From Heterodontus francisci (lineage: Eukaryota), in assembly GCF_036365525.1 (NCBI RefSeq), contig NC_090388.1, positions 61,021,189 to 61,085,188 on the forward strand: a stretch of 64,000 nucleotides of DNA. Direction: 5' to 3'. A model generated the notes under the pieces. It worked only from the letters and a program-made list of their open reading frames with translations. It was not told where the DNA came from and did not search any database. Positions 27,179 through 40,163 of this stretch are shown here, piece by piece. Position 1 is the first letter of the stretch. Every line of letters starts with the position of its first letter. Made by a program: the position numbers and the translations under genes.

Positions 27179-27505
27179 TAGTTTAGTTTAGAAATACAGC
27201 ACTGAAACAGGCCCTTCGGCCCGAGTCTGTGCCGACCATCAACCACCCATTTATACTAATCTCATATTCCTACCACATCCCCACCTGTCCCTATATTTCC
27301 CTACCACCTACCTACACTCGGGGCAATTGCTAATGGCCAATTTACCTATCAACCTGCAAGTCTTTGGCACATGGGAGGAAACCGGAGCACCCGGAGGAAA
27401 CCCACGCAAACACAGGGAGAACTTGCAAACTCCACACAGGCAGTACCCAGAATTGAACCCGGGTCGCTGGAGCTGTGAGGCTGCGGTGCTAACCACTGCG
27501 CCGCC
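27179..27505 (-). mobile_element. HE1-type SINE
   Basis: Reverse complement of the 2911 family with a (taaac)n tail; possible ctatt TSD. Confidence 0.88.
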
Positions 27506-27732
27506 CTATTGTTATAGAAACTTTGAGATGTTTCACCTGCCACCATAACAGTGTTGTATAAATTTAAACTTATTTTAAAACGCAAGCCTGCAGTGACGTT
27601 GCTTCTTGTGTTCCCGATTCTGGCAGCAATTGTTGCTTGACCCCATGAGAAAAGTGACTGAGGCAGCCAAAAAAATGAACAATTTGGCTTCAAAAATCTA
27701 ACGTGGGTATACACTCAACTACATTTTTTTTT

Positions 27733-28018
27733 AAAAAGAGATACAGCACTGAAACAGGCCCTTCGGCCCACCGAGTCTGTGCCGACCAACAACCACCCAT
27801 TTATACTAACCCTATAGTAATCCCATATTCCCTACCTATACTAGGGGCAATTTACAACAGCCAATTTACCGAGCACCTGCAAGTCTTTGGCGGTGGGAGG
27901 AAACCGCAGCACCCGGCCAAAAGCCACGCGGTCACAGGGAGAACTTGCAAACTCCGCACAGGCAGTACCTAGAATCGAACCCGGGTCCCTGGAGCTGTGA
28001 GGCTGCAGTGCTAACCAC
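27733..28018 (-). mobile_element. HE1-type SINE
   Basis: Same family; slightly clipped at the 5' end. Confidence 0.88.
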
Positions 28019-28224
28019 TTAAGATCTTAGTATGCTAATGAGTTAAGTACCATGTGATTCGGAGCCAGAGTGACTACCTGTAACACCTAGAGGCAGGTCC
28101 TGTAAATTGTTAACTGTACTGTATAATAGTTTAGCTGTGATAAACCTGTTTGAGATCTTCAACCAATGGGATTCCACGCATCTCATTTATGTTGCATCAG
28201 ACAACATAAAAATAATTCATTACA
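28019..28224 (+). mobile_element. Partial solo LTR related to the LTR at 40164-40424
   Basis: Shares aagatcttagtatgctaatgag, tttgagatcttcaa and the ataa(t/c)tcattaca end with the reverse complement of 40164-40424. Confidence 0.75.
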
Positions 28225-28228
28225 CATT

Positions 28229-28806
28229 GGGCCAGGAAAATGCAGCCCGTTGAAGACAGGCTGGCAAATTGGCAGCAGAAGGCATCGGGAGAGGAGCTCA
28301 ACATTTTCCTGCCGTCATGCCATATTGCCAGCGGCAGGAAAGTTGGCTACTTGGCTGCCCAATTGATCTATTTGAGTGGCCAATTAATGACCAGTTCCCG
28401 CCTCCGCAGGCACTTTGCCTGTGTTAGAAGGGCCTGCTGCTCTCCTGGCAGCCTACTAGCAAGTTCTGAGGGTCCTCCTTTATGGGGACTTCATGGCCCA
28501 CAGAGGGACCCCCTGATGGCAATGGCTGCCCTCGCAGCAATGCACCATCAGTACTCAACAACACCTGCAATCGCCAGGCCTGCCTTCCTGACCCCGGCTG
28601 CCCCTAACCACACTTATCCCTCTTCACGGGCAGCCCACCAATGAGGTGCCCGCTCCCTCGTATTGCAGCTAGGCACTGTTGAATTACTGGCCCTCTGATT
28701 GGGCCGGCAGCTCTTGGGGACATGCTGCTGTCCTTAATTGGCCACCACCAACATGCCGCCCCAGCAATCAATGGTAGGACCTCCCATCAGCCACAAAATT
28801 CAGCCC
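28229..28806. mobile_element. Harbinger-type MITE, decayed
   Basis: Right end caaaattcagccc matches the 3785 TIR type; GC-rich body; left end poorly defined. Confidence 0.45.
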
Positions 28807-28910
28807 ATTGTCTCGGACAGGAATCAGACATCTTGTCTCACTATTCATCTTTCATTTGCTCTCTTATGGGTCTGAGCAAGTGTAATTACAGGCCATTTCA
28901 CAAAACACAC

Positions 28911-28997
28911 CTTATAAGTGGCTTGAAAATATTCCAAAGAATTCGGATAAAGTTTGTTGGGTGCACAACATAAAGGGCTTTGAGATTTTTCTTGTAT
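28911..28997 (-). CDS. ARHGAP8: ARHGAP8 exon (87 nt): [28 protein letters not shown](S)
   Basis: TAG acceptor, AG|GTGTGT donor; [17 protein letters not shown] motif. Confidence 0.95.
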
Positions 28998-30347
28998 CTA
29001 AAAAAAGGAAAAAACATTTTTGAATTAAAAGGAGCTGAAAAACACCCATTAACTTATCTTATGTAAGTGTCAAATCATTGCATTAGACCGGATGTCCTTG
29101 GAGCCAAGGGAATCCTAGATTCAGTGAAAATTGAAAAGTACATTTCATTACCACCAGATAACGATCAGGAGAATCAATCCAGAGGCATCATGACCAGTCT
29201 TAGATAACTCAGCCCAGCCTATCGATGGATCGGATTTTCCTGGTCGGTATGGGTTAGTTGCATACTACTGAGTGCATTTACCAACAGAAATATTGGGAAG
29301 CTAAGCAGCACAATTTAACCAATGGCCAATACAGGCGTACTTTGTCATGAACGTGTAATGTGACTACAATCTCCCTTTGTTCAAAGCATACAAGGAAACC
29401 ACATGACATTTCAGTGTTGTCAAGAACTGTCCATACACAATTCCTCACTCCTTTGAATATATATTAAATACATGTATAGAAACTGTGATCTGTCAATATC
29501 AAAGATCCTCTTCAAAACTCCAAGCATTATCCCCTAAAACTTACTATAGAAAAAATATTAGGCTTTCATTGTTCATAATTTTTCACTATAGCTTCATGTT
29601 TACAGGCTGTTGTTGTCTGATATAACAGACTTCAGGAAAAAAGAAAATATTTTAGTGGACTTCTGATTTATGAAACAGCAACAATGTCAAGATTTATCTT
29701 TGAGGCCCAGCATCGATATAAACACCTTGGATGATATTACTAATTTTGGACTGAGTATGGTCAGATCCATAGGGGAAAAAAAATAATAAACTCCACAAAA
29801 ATGTCAATTAGAGCAGCTAGGGAAAGTTTTCTAAAACATTTTCGACCTCACAACACAAACATATTTGCAGTGTTTTCTGGATCATTGCTTCAAACCATCA
29901 GCTTCCAAAGTAATTTTCTGCCACTTTGCATTTTTTAAAAAGCCAATTTTTGGAAGAATAAAAAGTTTTATAATGCAAGTTAGAAAATACAAACCAGCAA
30001 AATTCTTAGGATCCCTCGTGGCAAAACAAAATGCAATGGTACAAGTAGTATTTTTGCTCAAAACAGGCAGAGACAAATAATTCAAAGCACTTGACATGCA
30101 AAGGACACCATTGTTCAATGGGAAAAAGAAATCTTAGTAGACCTTGCCAACTGGCAAAGTTTTCTTCTCAATGTTAGAATCCTTGTCCCAGTCACAACTC
30201 ATGTCATTTACTGTATTTTAAACTGGGGGCAAACAAGTAGTACAGAAAAAAAAATAATGCACAATGGATCCATCAGCAGCTGAAAAGGGAAGTTAGGTAA
30301 ATACTTTGGGTGGAAACTGCTCATTACAAGTGTTTCAAGTGAAAGTT

Positions 30348-30665
30348 TGGCCCAATGGTAGAATTCTTGTCAGAATCAAAAGATCGTTGGTTCAAATCCC
30401 ACTCCAGAAATTGAGGACATAACCTAGGACATTCATTGTAGTACTGAAGGAGTGCATCAATGCTGGAGATGCTGTTTTGCAGATGCTACATTAATCCAAG
30501 GTCCTGTCTGAATATTCCAGGTGGACATGAACGATCCTTTGGCACTACTCAAGGAAGAGCAGGTGAGTCCCCTCAGTGTTCCGCACAACATTCATCCCTC
30601 AATCAACACCTCCAAAGACTGACTAAATGGTTAATCATGCCATTGTTATTTGTGGGACCTTGCTG
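30348..30665 (+). mobile_element. DeuSINE (SacSINE1/AmnSINE-like) 5' part; resumes at 36393
   Basis: tRNA-like head tggcccaatggtag...ggttcaaatcccactccag; Deu-type body ending tgtgggaccttgctg. Confidence 0.7.
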
Positions 30666-33053
30666 TTAGATTTAGATTTATTAACGAATCATGAGCCAGA
30701 TTAAATTAATAGCCTAACTTTGCATGAACATTTAAGAGAGATTATGATGTGATAAGAATTCAACGGAGTGCTTGAAAGGGAGAAACGCGAAACAGCTAAA
30801 ATTTTAGATTTAGGTAAGGCTGACTATGAGGAGACAGAGACTGTCCACAGTAAACTGGGAAAATCTATCAATGGGTAAAAAGGCAGCAGTTCATTGGGAG
30901 GTGTTCAAAACAGAATGTGTGATACAGAACGAGTTTATACCCAAGGGGCAAGAGCTTTACTTGCCAAAGAAAATGATCATAGATGACTAAAGAGGCAAGA
31001 GACAACATTAAAACTAAACAAAAAAGCATACAAAAATGCAAACCTTTTTTTACAATTGCATTAGAAAAAAAAAGAGGGTGGTCAGGAGCAATGTGGGCCC
31101 CTTGAAAACTGATAATGGTGATATTGTCAATGAAAATAAAGAAATGGCGGGCATGAAATGAAAACTCTGCATCAGTATTTACTGAAGAGGAAGAGGTCAG
31201 CATGCTAGACATCCCAAGGAAACTAATGTGGAATTGGAACAGGGATTCACCAGAATTAACGTAAGCATAGTAACAGCAATGAAGAAAACAATGGCAATAA
31301 AGGGTGACATCCCCAGGACCAAATGGTTTCCATCGCAGGGTTTTAAAGAAAGGGGATGAGAACATTGCCGATGCCCTAACTATAATCTTCCAAAATTCTA
31401 CCAATTTGGGAACTATTCCTTTAGACTGGAAAATTGCACAAGTCACTCTGCTATTTAAGAAAGGCAAAAGAGTGAAAACAGCAAATTCTAGTCCAGTTAG
31501 CCCAACATCTGTTGTCAGAAATAACCAGAGTTGATAATTAAGGATAGGGTGACTGAACACCTTTAAAATTTTCAGCTGATCAGGGAGAGCCAGCGTGAAT
31601 TTGTAAAGAGGAGGTCATGCCCAACAAGCCTCACTGAAGTTTTGAAGAGGTGACTAAAGTAGTGGACAAGGGAATGTCTACAGATGTTATTTATGTGGAC
31701 TTAGAGAAGGCATTTTATAAAGGCCCTCTTAAGAGATTGTTACTAAAGTTGAAGTTCATGGAATTGAAGACAACCTATTGATCTGGTTAGGAAATTGGTT
31801 GAATGGCAGGAGACAGAGAGTAGGAATAATGGGCAAGTACTCCAATCGGCAGGATAAGACTAACGGTATCCTGCAAAGATCTGTGTTGGGGTATCAACTA
31901 TTCACCATACTCATCAACGACTCAACATAGGGGGAACTAGTAAATAAGGCCAGTAAGACTAAGAGGAAGAGCAGGCTGGGAGATGTTGCGGAGCACAGCA
32001 GGACTGGTGGTCTGAAGTGCATTTGTTTCAATGCAAGAAGTATAACAGGTAAGGCAGATGAACTTAGAACTTGGATTAGTACTTGGAACTATGATGTTGT
32101 TGCTATTAGAGACTTGGTTGAGGGAAGGACAGGATTGGCAGATAAATGTTCCAGGATTTAGAAGCTTCAGGCGGGATAGAGGGGGATGTAAAAGGGGTGG
32201 GGAGTTGCATTACTGGTTAAGGAAAATATCACAGCTGTACTGCAGGAAGACACCTCAGAGGGGTCGTGCAGCGAGGCAATATGGGTGGAGCTCAGGAATA
32301 GGAAGGGTACAGTCACGATGTTGAGGGTTTTCTACAGGCCTCCCAACAGCCAGCAGGAGGTAGAGGAGCAGATATGTAGACAGATATTGGAAAGATGTAA
32401 AAGGTAACAGGGTTGTAGTGGTGGGTGATTTTAACTACCCCAATATTGACTGGGACTCACTTAGTGCTAGGCGCTTGGATGGGGCAGAATTTGTAAGGAG
32501 CATCTAGGAGGGCTTCTTGAAACAATATGTAGATAGTCCAACTAGGGATGGGGCCATACTGGACCTGGTATTGGGGAATGAGCCTGGCCAGGTGGTCGAA
32601 GTTTCAGTAGGGGAGCATTTCAGGAACAGTGACCATAATTCCATAAGTTTTAAGGTACTTGTGGATAAGGATAAGAGTAGTCCTCGGGTGAAGGTGCTAA
32701 ATTGGGGGAAGGCTAATTATAACAATATTAGGCAGGAACTGAAGAATTTAGATTGGGGGCGGCTGTTTGAGGGCAAATCAACATCTGACATGTGGGAGTC
32801 TTTCAAACGTCAGTTGATTAGAATCCAGGACCGGCATGTTCCTGTGAGGAAGAAGGATAAGTTTGGCAAGTTTCGGGAACATTGGATAACGCGGGATATT
32901 GTGAGCCTAGTCAAAAAGAAAAAGGAAGCATTCGTAAGGGCTGGAAGGCCAGCAACAGATGAATCCCTTGAGGAATATAAAGACAGTAGGAAGGAACTTA
33001 AGCAAGGAGTCAGGAGGGCTAAAAGGGGTCAGGAAAAGTCATTGGCAAACATT

Positions 33054-33369
33054 GGGCAGCACAGTGGCAGGCACCACAGCCTCACAGCTCCAGGGACCCG
33101 GGTTCAATTCTGGGTACTACCTGTGCGGAGTTTGCAAGTTCTCCCTGTGACCGTGTGGGTTTTCGCCGGGTGCTCCGGTTTCCTCCCACAGCCAAAGACT
33201 TGCAGGTGATAGGTAAATTGGCCATTGTAAATTGCCCCTAGTGTAGGTAGGTGGTAGTGAATTTGGGATTACTGTAGGGTTAGTATAAATAGGTGGTTGT
33301 TGGTCGGCACAGACTCGGTGGGCCGAAGGGCCTGTTTCAGTGCTGTATCTCTAAATAAAAAATAAAATC
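33054..33369 (+). mobile_element. HE1-type SINE inserted in CR1 ORF2
   Basis: Family match; interrupts the LINE between EKSLAN and NPKAFY. Confidence 0.88.
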
Positions 33370-33791
33370 AAAATCCCAAGGCTTTTTATACGTATATCAA
33401 GAGCAAGAGGGTAACTAGGGAAAGGGTTGGCCCACAAGGACAGAGAAGGGAATCTATGTGTGGAGCTAGAGGAAATGGGTGAGGTACTAAATGAGTACTT
33501 TGCATCAGTATTCACCAAAGAGAAGGACTTGGTGGATGATGAGCCTAGGGAAGGGAGTGTAGATAGTCTCAGTCATCTCATTATCGAAAAGGAGGTGGTG
33601 GTGGTGGGTGTCTTGCAAAGCATTAAGGTAGATAAGTCCCCAGGGCCTGATGGGATCTACCCCAGGATACTGAGGGAGGCAAAGGAAGAAATTGCTGGGG
33701 CCTTGACAGAAATCTTTGCATCTTCATTGGCTAAAGGTGAGGTCCCAGAGGACTGGAGAATAGCCAATGTTGTTCCTTTGTTTAAGAAGGG

Positions 33792-34103
33792 TACAGTGGC
33801 ACAGTGGTTAGCACCGCAGCCTTACAGCTCCAGGGACCCGGGTTCAATTCTGGGTACTGCCTGTGCAGAGTTTGCAAGTTCTCCCTGTGACCGCGGGGGT
33901 TGTCACCAGGTGCTCCGGTTTCCTCCCACTGCCAAAGACTTGCCGGTGATAGGCAAATTGGCCATTGTAAATTACCCCTAGTGTAGGTAGGTGGTAGGGA
34001 ATATGGGATTACTGTAGGGTTAGTATAAATGGGTGGTTCTTGGTCAGCACAGACTCGGTGGGCCGAAGGGCCTGTTTCAGTGCTGTATCTCTAAATAAAT
34101 AAA
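33792..34103 (+). mobile_element. HE1-type SINE inserted in CR1 ORF2
   Basis: Family match; interrupts VPLFKKG; gggta appears on both sides. Confidence 0.88.
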
Positions 34104-36392
34104 TGGGTAGCAAGGATAATCCAGGAAATTATAGGCCGGTGAGCCTTCCGTCAGTGGTAGAGAAATTAGTAGAAAAGGATTCTTCGGGACAGGATTTACT
34201 TCCATTTGGAAACAAACGAGCTTATTAGCGAGAGGCAGCATGGTTTTGTGAAGGGGAGGTCGTGTCTCACTAATTTGATTGAGTTTTTTGAGGAAGTGAC
34301 GAAGATGATTGATGAAGGAAGGGCAGTGGATGTTATCTATATGGACTTCAGTAAAGCCTTTGACAAGGTCCCTCATGGCAGACAGGTACAAAAAGGTGAA
34401 GCTGGCAAGATGGATACAGAACTGGCTCTGTCATAGAAGACAGAGGGCAGCAGTGGAAGGGTGCTTTTCTGAATGGAGGGATGTGACTAGTGGTGTTCCG
34501 CAGGGATCAGTGCTGGGACCTTTGCTCTTTGTGGTATATATAAATGATTTGGAGGAAAATGTAGCTGGTCTGATGAGTAAGTTTGCGGACGACACAAAGG
34601 TTGGAGGAGTTGCGGATTGTCAGAGCACACAGCAGGATATAGATCGGTTGGAGACTTGGTGGAGAAATGGGAAATGGAGTTTAATCCAGACAAATGTGAG
34701 GTAATGCATTTTGTAAGGTCGAATGCAGGTGGGAAGTATACAGTAAATGGCAGAACCCTTAGGAGTATTGATGGGCAGAGAGATCTGGGCATACAGGTCC
34801 ACAGGACACTGAAAGTGGCAACGCAGGTGGATAAGATAGTCAAGAAGGCATACGGCATGCTTGCCTTCATCGGTCGGGGCATAGAGTATAAAAATTGGCA
34901 AGACATGCTGCAGCTATACAGAACTTTAGTTAGGCCACACTTAGAATATTGCCTACAATTCTGGTCGCCACACTACCAGAAGGACGTGGAGGCTTTGGAG
35001 AGGGTACAGAAGAGGTTTACCAGGATGTTGCCTGGTCTGGAGGGCATTAGTTATGAGGAGAGGTTGGATAAACTCGGATTGTTTTCACTGGAACGACGGA
35101 GGTGGAGGGGCGACATGATAGAGGTTTACAAAGTTATGAGCGGCATGGACAGAGTAGATAGTCAGAAGCTTTTTCCCAGGATGGAAGAGTCAGTTACTAG
35201 GGGACATAGGTTTAAGGTGAGAGGGGCAAAGTTTAGAGGGGATGTGCGAGGCAAGTTCTTTACACAGAGGGTGGGGAGTGCCTGGAATTTGCTGCCGGGG
35301 GAGGTGGTGGAAGCAGGTACGATAGCGACGTTTAAGAGGCATCTTGACAAATACATGAATAGGATGGGGATAGAGGGATACGGTCCCTGGAAGTGCAGAA
35401 GGTTTTAGTTTAGGCAGGCATCAAGATCGGCGCAGGCTTGGAGGGCCAAATGGCCTGTTCCTGTGCTGTACTGTTCTTTGTTCTTTGACTCAAGATGATA
35501 GGATAGAAAGTCACATATGACACAAAGATATTGTAAACAGTGTAGATGGAAGTGTAAAATTATGAAGAGTTATTGATAGATTAAGTGAATTGGCAAAACT
35601 GTGGCAAATGAATTTCAATGTAGACCAATTTGAGGTTATCAGTTTTGGGCCTAAAATGGATAGAACAGGGTACTTTCCAAATGAGGAAAAAACTAGAAAC
35701 TGTGGACTTGGAGGTTTAAATACATAGATCATTAAAATGTCATGAACAGGTATAGAAAGTATTCAAAAAGGCTAATGGAATGGTGGCCTTTATATCTAAA
35801 GGACTAGAATACAAGAGGGTAGAAGTCATGCCTAAGCGACACAAACTCCTGGTTAGACCACACCTGGAGCAGTTCTGGGCACCACAGCTTAGGAAGAATA
35901 TATTGGCCTTGGAGTGAATGCAGCACAGGTTTACTTGAATGATACTTGGATTCCAAGGGTTAAATTACAAAGAGAGATGACACAAACTAGCATTGCATTC
36001 CCTGGAATTTAGAAAGTTAAAGGTGATTTGATTGAAGATATTAAGGGGAACAGCTAGGTTAGATAGTGAGAAAGTATTTCCACTGATTGGGGAGTCTAGG
36101 AGTAGGGTCAGGACTTCCAGAAGTGAGATTAGGAAGCATTTCTACATGCAAAGAGTGGTAGAAATTTGGAACTCTCCTGCACAAATGACAACTAATGCTA
36201 GACCAATTGTTAATTTTAAATCAGGGATTGAAGATATCTTTGACTAACAAAAATCTAAGGGAAATGGGGCAAAGGCAGGTATGTGGATTTAGGTCACAGC
36301 AGGTATGTGGATTTAGGTCACAGATCAGCCATGATCTCACTGAATGGCGAAACAGGCTTGAGGGGCTAAATGGCTTCTGTTCCTATTTCCCC

Positions 36393-36520
36393 ATGTGCAA
36401 ATTAGCTGCTGTATTCGCCTACAGAACAACAGTGACTGCATCTGAAAAACAATTCATTGACTGCGAAGTACTTCGGGAGATCTATGGGATGGGAAAGATG
36501 ATGCATATAAATGCAAGTTC
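36393..36520 (+). mobile_element. DeuSINE 3' part
   Basis: tgtgcaaattagctgc...acaacagtgact...atataaatgcaagt continues the Deu-type sequence broken at 30665. Confidence 0.65.
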
Positions 36521-37163
36521 ATGCCATTTCATTTTTCTCCTATATTAGACATCTGATTTGTACATTTTAAACTGGCCTTGGCTTTTCTTTAGTCAGCACT
36601 AAACATTCTGGGGAGTTGTACAGTCAAAGCCCAAGGTCCTGTTACTTTGTAGCAGCAGAAATATGCATTTGCTGCTAGCATTTGTTTATAATAACAGCCT
36701 CACCTACTTATTTCCCAGAAAAGTGAAAACTCAGTTTTTCCACTGGGCTCCTGATCCACTCCTAGAACAATGACCTTCTGCGTTTCTCTGCTGAAACCAG
36801 TAAGTGTAATGTGACAACATGCTTGCATTGATAAGATAGTATATGAGCATGGCAATGCACGCAACTAATTCAGCATTAACTTCTGTGGAAAATCCAATAT
36901 GTGCAGTTGTGCCACAAAGTGATATTTCCAGGCCTAACCATGAAGTGGTCTCCAATGGGCTGATATGGAGACCAGAATCAGGCAACAGTGCGACTGCAAG
37001 TGGATGATGCAAAGTACTTGCTCACCCAAAATGGAAAACAAACAAAGTATTCTCTTTATCCAAATAAATGATTTGGAATGCATAGATAATCAAATTGGTA
37101 CCTTAATACCATTTACTAGCAAAGAATGACCCAGTTTGACTAATTAGGAAGAAATTGCCTTAC

Positions 37164-37295
37164 TTTCTGTCAAATTCCTTGTAGGCATTCTGTAGCCAAC
37201 TTAAAGATGGTTTGTTGCTGCTCTTGAGCCCATAGTGAAAGTAAACAAGAATGTAATCGCTCTCAACATACTGGTCCAGTGTGTACTTCAGGTAT
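37164..37295 (-). CDS. ARHGAP8: ARHGAP8 exon (132 nt): [43 protein letters not shown](K)
   Basis: CAG acceptor, AA|GTAAGG donor; BCH core. Confidence 0.95.
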
Positions 37296-38547
37296 CTGGA
37301 TAGGTTGGGGGAAAGCAAAGCAAATTATTTAAACATCGATGAAAAAGTCATGGCTACTCTTGCAGGTGTTTGAAATTTAAGCCACTCTTAAATCTGTACA
37401 AGACCCACTTTGACCAGAGATATAGTGCCAGAAACTGATATTGATTATATTAGAAAACAGAGTGTACATTTCAATATATACATTTACAAGGCATTGACAG
37501 AGATTATCCTCAACAAAAATATGGCAACTTTCTAAAGATCAACCTACAATAAAAGCAAATTCACTTGTAGATTGTGGGAGAGAACGGCAAGGTTTTAATC
37601 ACTGGTGGGCAAATTGAGAATACTTCAGTTTGAGAGCACAATCTAAATCTGTCAAATGGATTGTCTTTTGTATTCTCTTCTATACTTTTTGTTAGTGATA
37701 CTACTGTTGCAACTCCAATTTTCTCCTCTTCTCTCCTGACAGTGATGACAGATGTTGAATTATGACCAATATTACCTCACCTATTGGATATTCCTAAATT
37801 GGTGCGTCTAGACACCTGGTTTTTTTCAACTAAGTGGGGGAGGGGGTTGGGTTTATTGCTCCACTGAAGCTTGTTCTCACTCAACATCTACAGATCCACT
37901 AGTGATCAGCAAAGAACGACCAGGTGTGTAACCTAGACCAATTCCCCCCTTCCTCTGCCTGCCAATTCTAAAATAGCTGTAAATATCAAAAGGATGCAGT
38001 TTCAAACATTGCAGGTGCCAGGACCTTTCATTTGCAAGCAAATTCCGTCAAATGCAACTTACTTTCCACAATACTAACTGGCAAAACCAGATCACTGCTT
38101 CCAACACAAGTGAGCTGAGGTAACCAGCTTCAAGTCAACAAAATTATTAAAATAAATAACACCCATCTATTGCTGGTACTTTCAAATCAGAATTCATTCA
38201 TGAGACAGAAAGGAATCATTCTGTAGGCAGGGCTAACAATGTGTTCTAATAAATTATTTTTATAAAGCACTTATAACGCAGACTACCCAATGAACAGAGG
38301 AATGGGTTTTTTTCCCCCTTGCGCAGCAAGCTACTGATTTCCCATGGCTTTCTTTTTAAATACAGGACTGGAGTGAGGAAAAGGAAAGTGTGAACTGAAT
38401 GTAAAGAAACATTAGAAAAACACGGACAACAGGTCAGATCTGCCCACCAGCCTTCGCTGGTATGCTGGGAGGCAGACAAAGAAACTACCAACTAAAATGA
38501 GGACCAAGATAGATTTAGCAGAATACCAATATCCCATATGTTACATA

Positions 38548-38561
38548 CCACAAGGTGGCAC
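38548..38561 (+). promoter_or_regulatory. Candidate CTCF site
   Basis: ccacaaggtggcac fits the CTCF core CCAcnAGgtGGCr; motif evidence only. Confidence 0.4.
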
Positions 38562-39026
38562 TGTCAGACCAATTTTTAATCCTACTGTGTAGTGTGAAAT
38601 TGCAGTCAAGTTTAGAAAATTCCAATAAATCAATTCACCCACTGGTGCAACATATTGATAATTATGACCATCAGTGCAGCTGATGTGTTGGGAGGGGTCT
38701 ACCTAGGTCGGGATGTTCTGGAGCAACTAAATGTAATTTAAAACAAATGTAACAACTTGACTTAATAAAATCCCATTCCTCTAAATTACAAATTATTTGT
38801 AGGTAATTAATATTTTGAAGTATAAAATATTTTCACTTTTGATCTTCCCAAATTAATTTTAGAAAGTTAAAAGATGTTGCTTCAATTTAGAGCAAACAAA
38901 TTCTCGAACAAGAGAGGAAGTGTTAAACTGTACCACACTCTCAGTAAGGAGAGTACAGAAATGCCAACATGTCTCTTGGGATCACTAACGCAAGATCTTG
39001 TTACAGAAAATTAAGTTGGAACTTAC

Positions 39027-39114
39027 TCAAGCAACTTCCGATGGTTAAGTTGATGGGAAGGAGGCATTCGACAACAGCTAAAAATAACCAGTTTCCTTCC
39101 ATAATTGTCATCAC
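39027..39114 (-). CDS. ARHGAP8: ARHGAP8 exon (88 nt), BCH domain: (G)[28 protein letters not shown](E)
   Basis: TAG acceptor, GA|GTAAGT donor; [10 protein letters not shown] motif. Confidence 0.95.
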
Positions 39115-40163
39115 CTATTTGGAAAGAAACCAGATAAAACTCAATTTTCTACATTAAAACACTACACAGAGGAAGATGTACACCCAGCAGACACAATGAT
39201 GTTTTTTTTTCAGCTCATATACATTGTGTGTCAGCAGAATACTGCCAATTACAGTTCCTGTACTGCACTGGAAAGAGCCTTGCTATTTAAACACAAAATA
39301 TGTCCGTACTCTGAACAACAACATTTTACACCCAGATCTGGTTACAGCACCAATGGGTCAAATGATTTGGTACTGTGAGTCATCTGCAAATTTCTGCACT
39401 TGCATGTATAAAGTTATTTGCTGCCCAATATTGCAATTTTATATACAAAATGAAATTTATGTTTGCAGTTTGATGCAATTGATCTTCCAAATTCTTCTTT
39501 GTTGGTAGTGAGTAAAGAGAGAGCGGATGAATATCCCCATGAGCTATCATACAGGACACATTTATATAATGATGGCCATCGGGGCACAAAAAGCACATAC
39601 TTATGTCCATCCTGGGACGAAGTGGGGAAGAATTGTTATTGTAAACACTCTGAATCATCCTGCCCAAAACCCACAGTAAAATGAAAGGCAAACACTCTAG
39701 TGCACTAAAATAACAATCCAGTCCCTTTTGGGCCTCTCATTGCCACATTCCATTTATAAACTTAATAAATAAAAGGACTCAATAATACAAGTATAAATTC
39801 CTAATTTCAGTGCTGTCAGTTTTAATAGAATAAACCAAAAGGAGTGTAGCCACCATATAATGAACTGCCAGCACTCTTCAGAAGTCTAATGAAGAAACCA
39901 AACATATCCAAAGCTTTTATGATGAGTACAGAAACTAGGGACACTTCCAATACACAGAACTTCCTGGATGATTGATATGATGAAATCCTTTCAGAAAAAA
40001 TGTCCTAGCCATAACCTGAGTTCTATTCTCTGCTGTGATCAATGATACATGGGGATTCCACCAAAATGGAAAATACTACAACACAAATGTCTGAATGACA
40101 ATAAAAGTCTGAACACCTCTGGGATCAATTATCCCTCTTGAAAAATGAGTTTAAGGCATTAAC

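Larger units (their letters stand above)
31926..35486 (+). mobile_element. Younger CR1/HER1 LINE ORF2 (APE-RT), 5'-truncated and frameshifted, carrying two SINEs
   Basis: SDHNSISF, QHGFVKGRSCLTNL, GVPQGSVLGP and KFADDTK; (gttcttt)n tail; TSD gactcaa at 31919-31925 and 35487-35493. Confidence 0.92.
30670..36390 (+). mobile_element. Old CR1 LINE (30670-31925 and 35487-36390) split by a younger CR1
   Basis: Degenerate SPGPNG...DWKIAQVTLLFKKG. The RT breaks at 31925 and resumes at 35487. Confidence 0.8.

Noticed and set aside
39380-39470. AT-rich hairpin as a miRNA precursor
   Set aside because: Pairing is short and imperfect, and I recognise no mature miRNA sequence.
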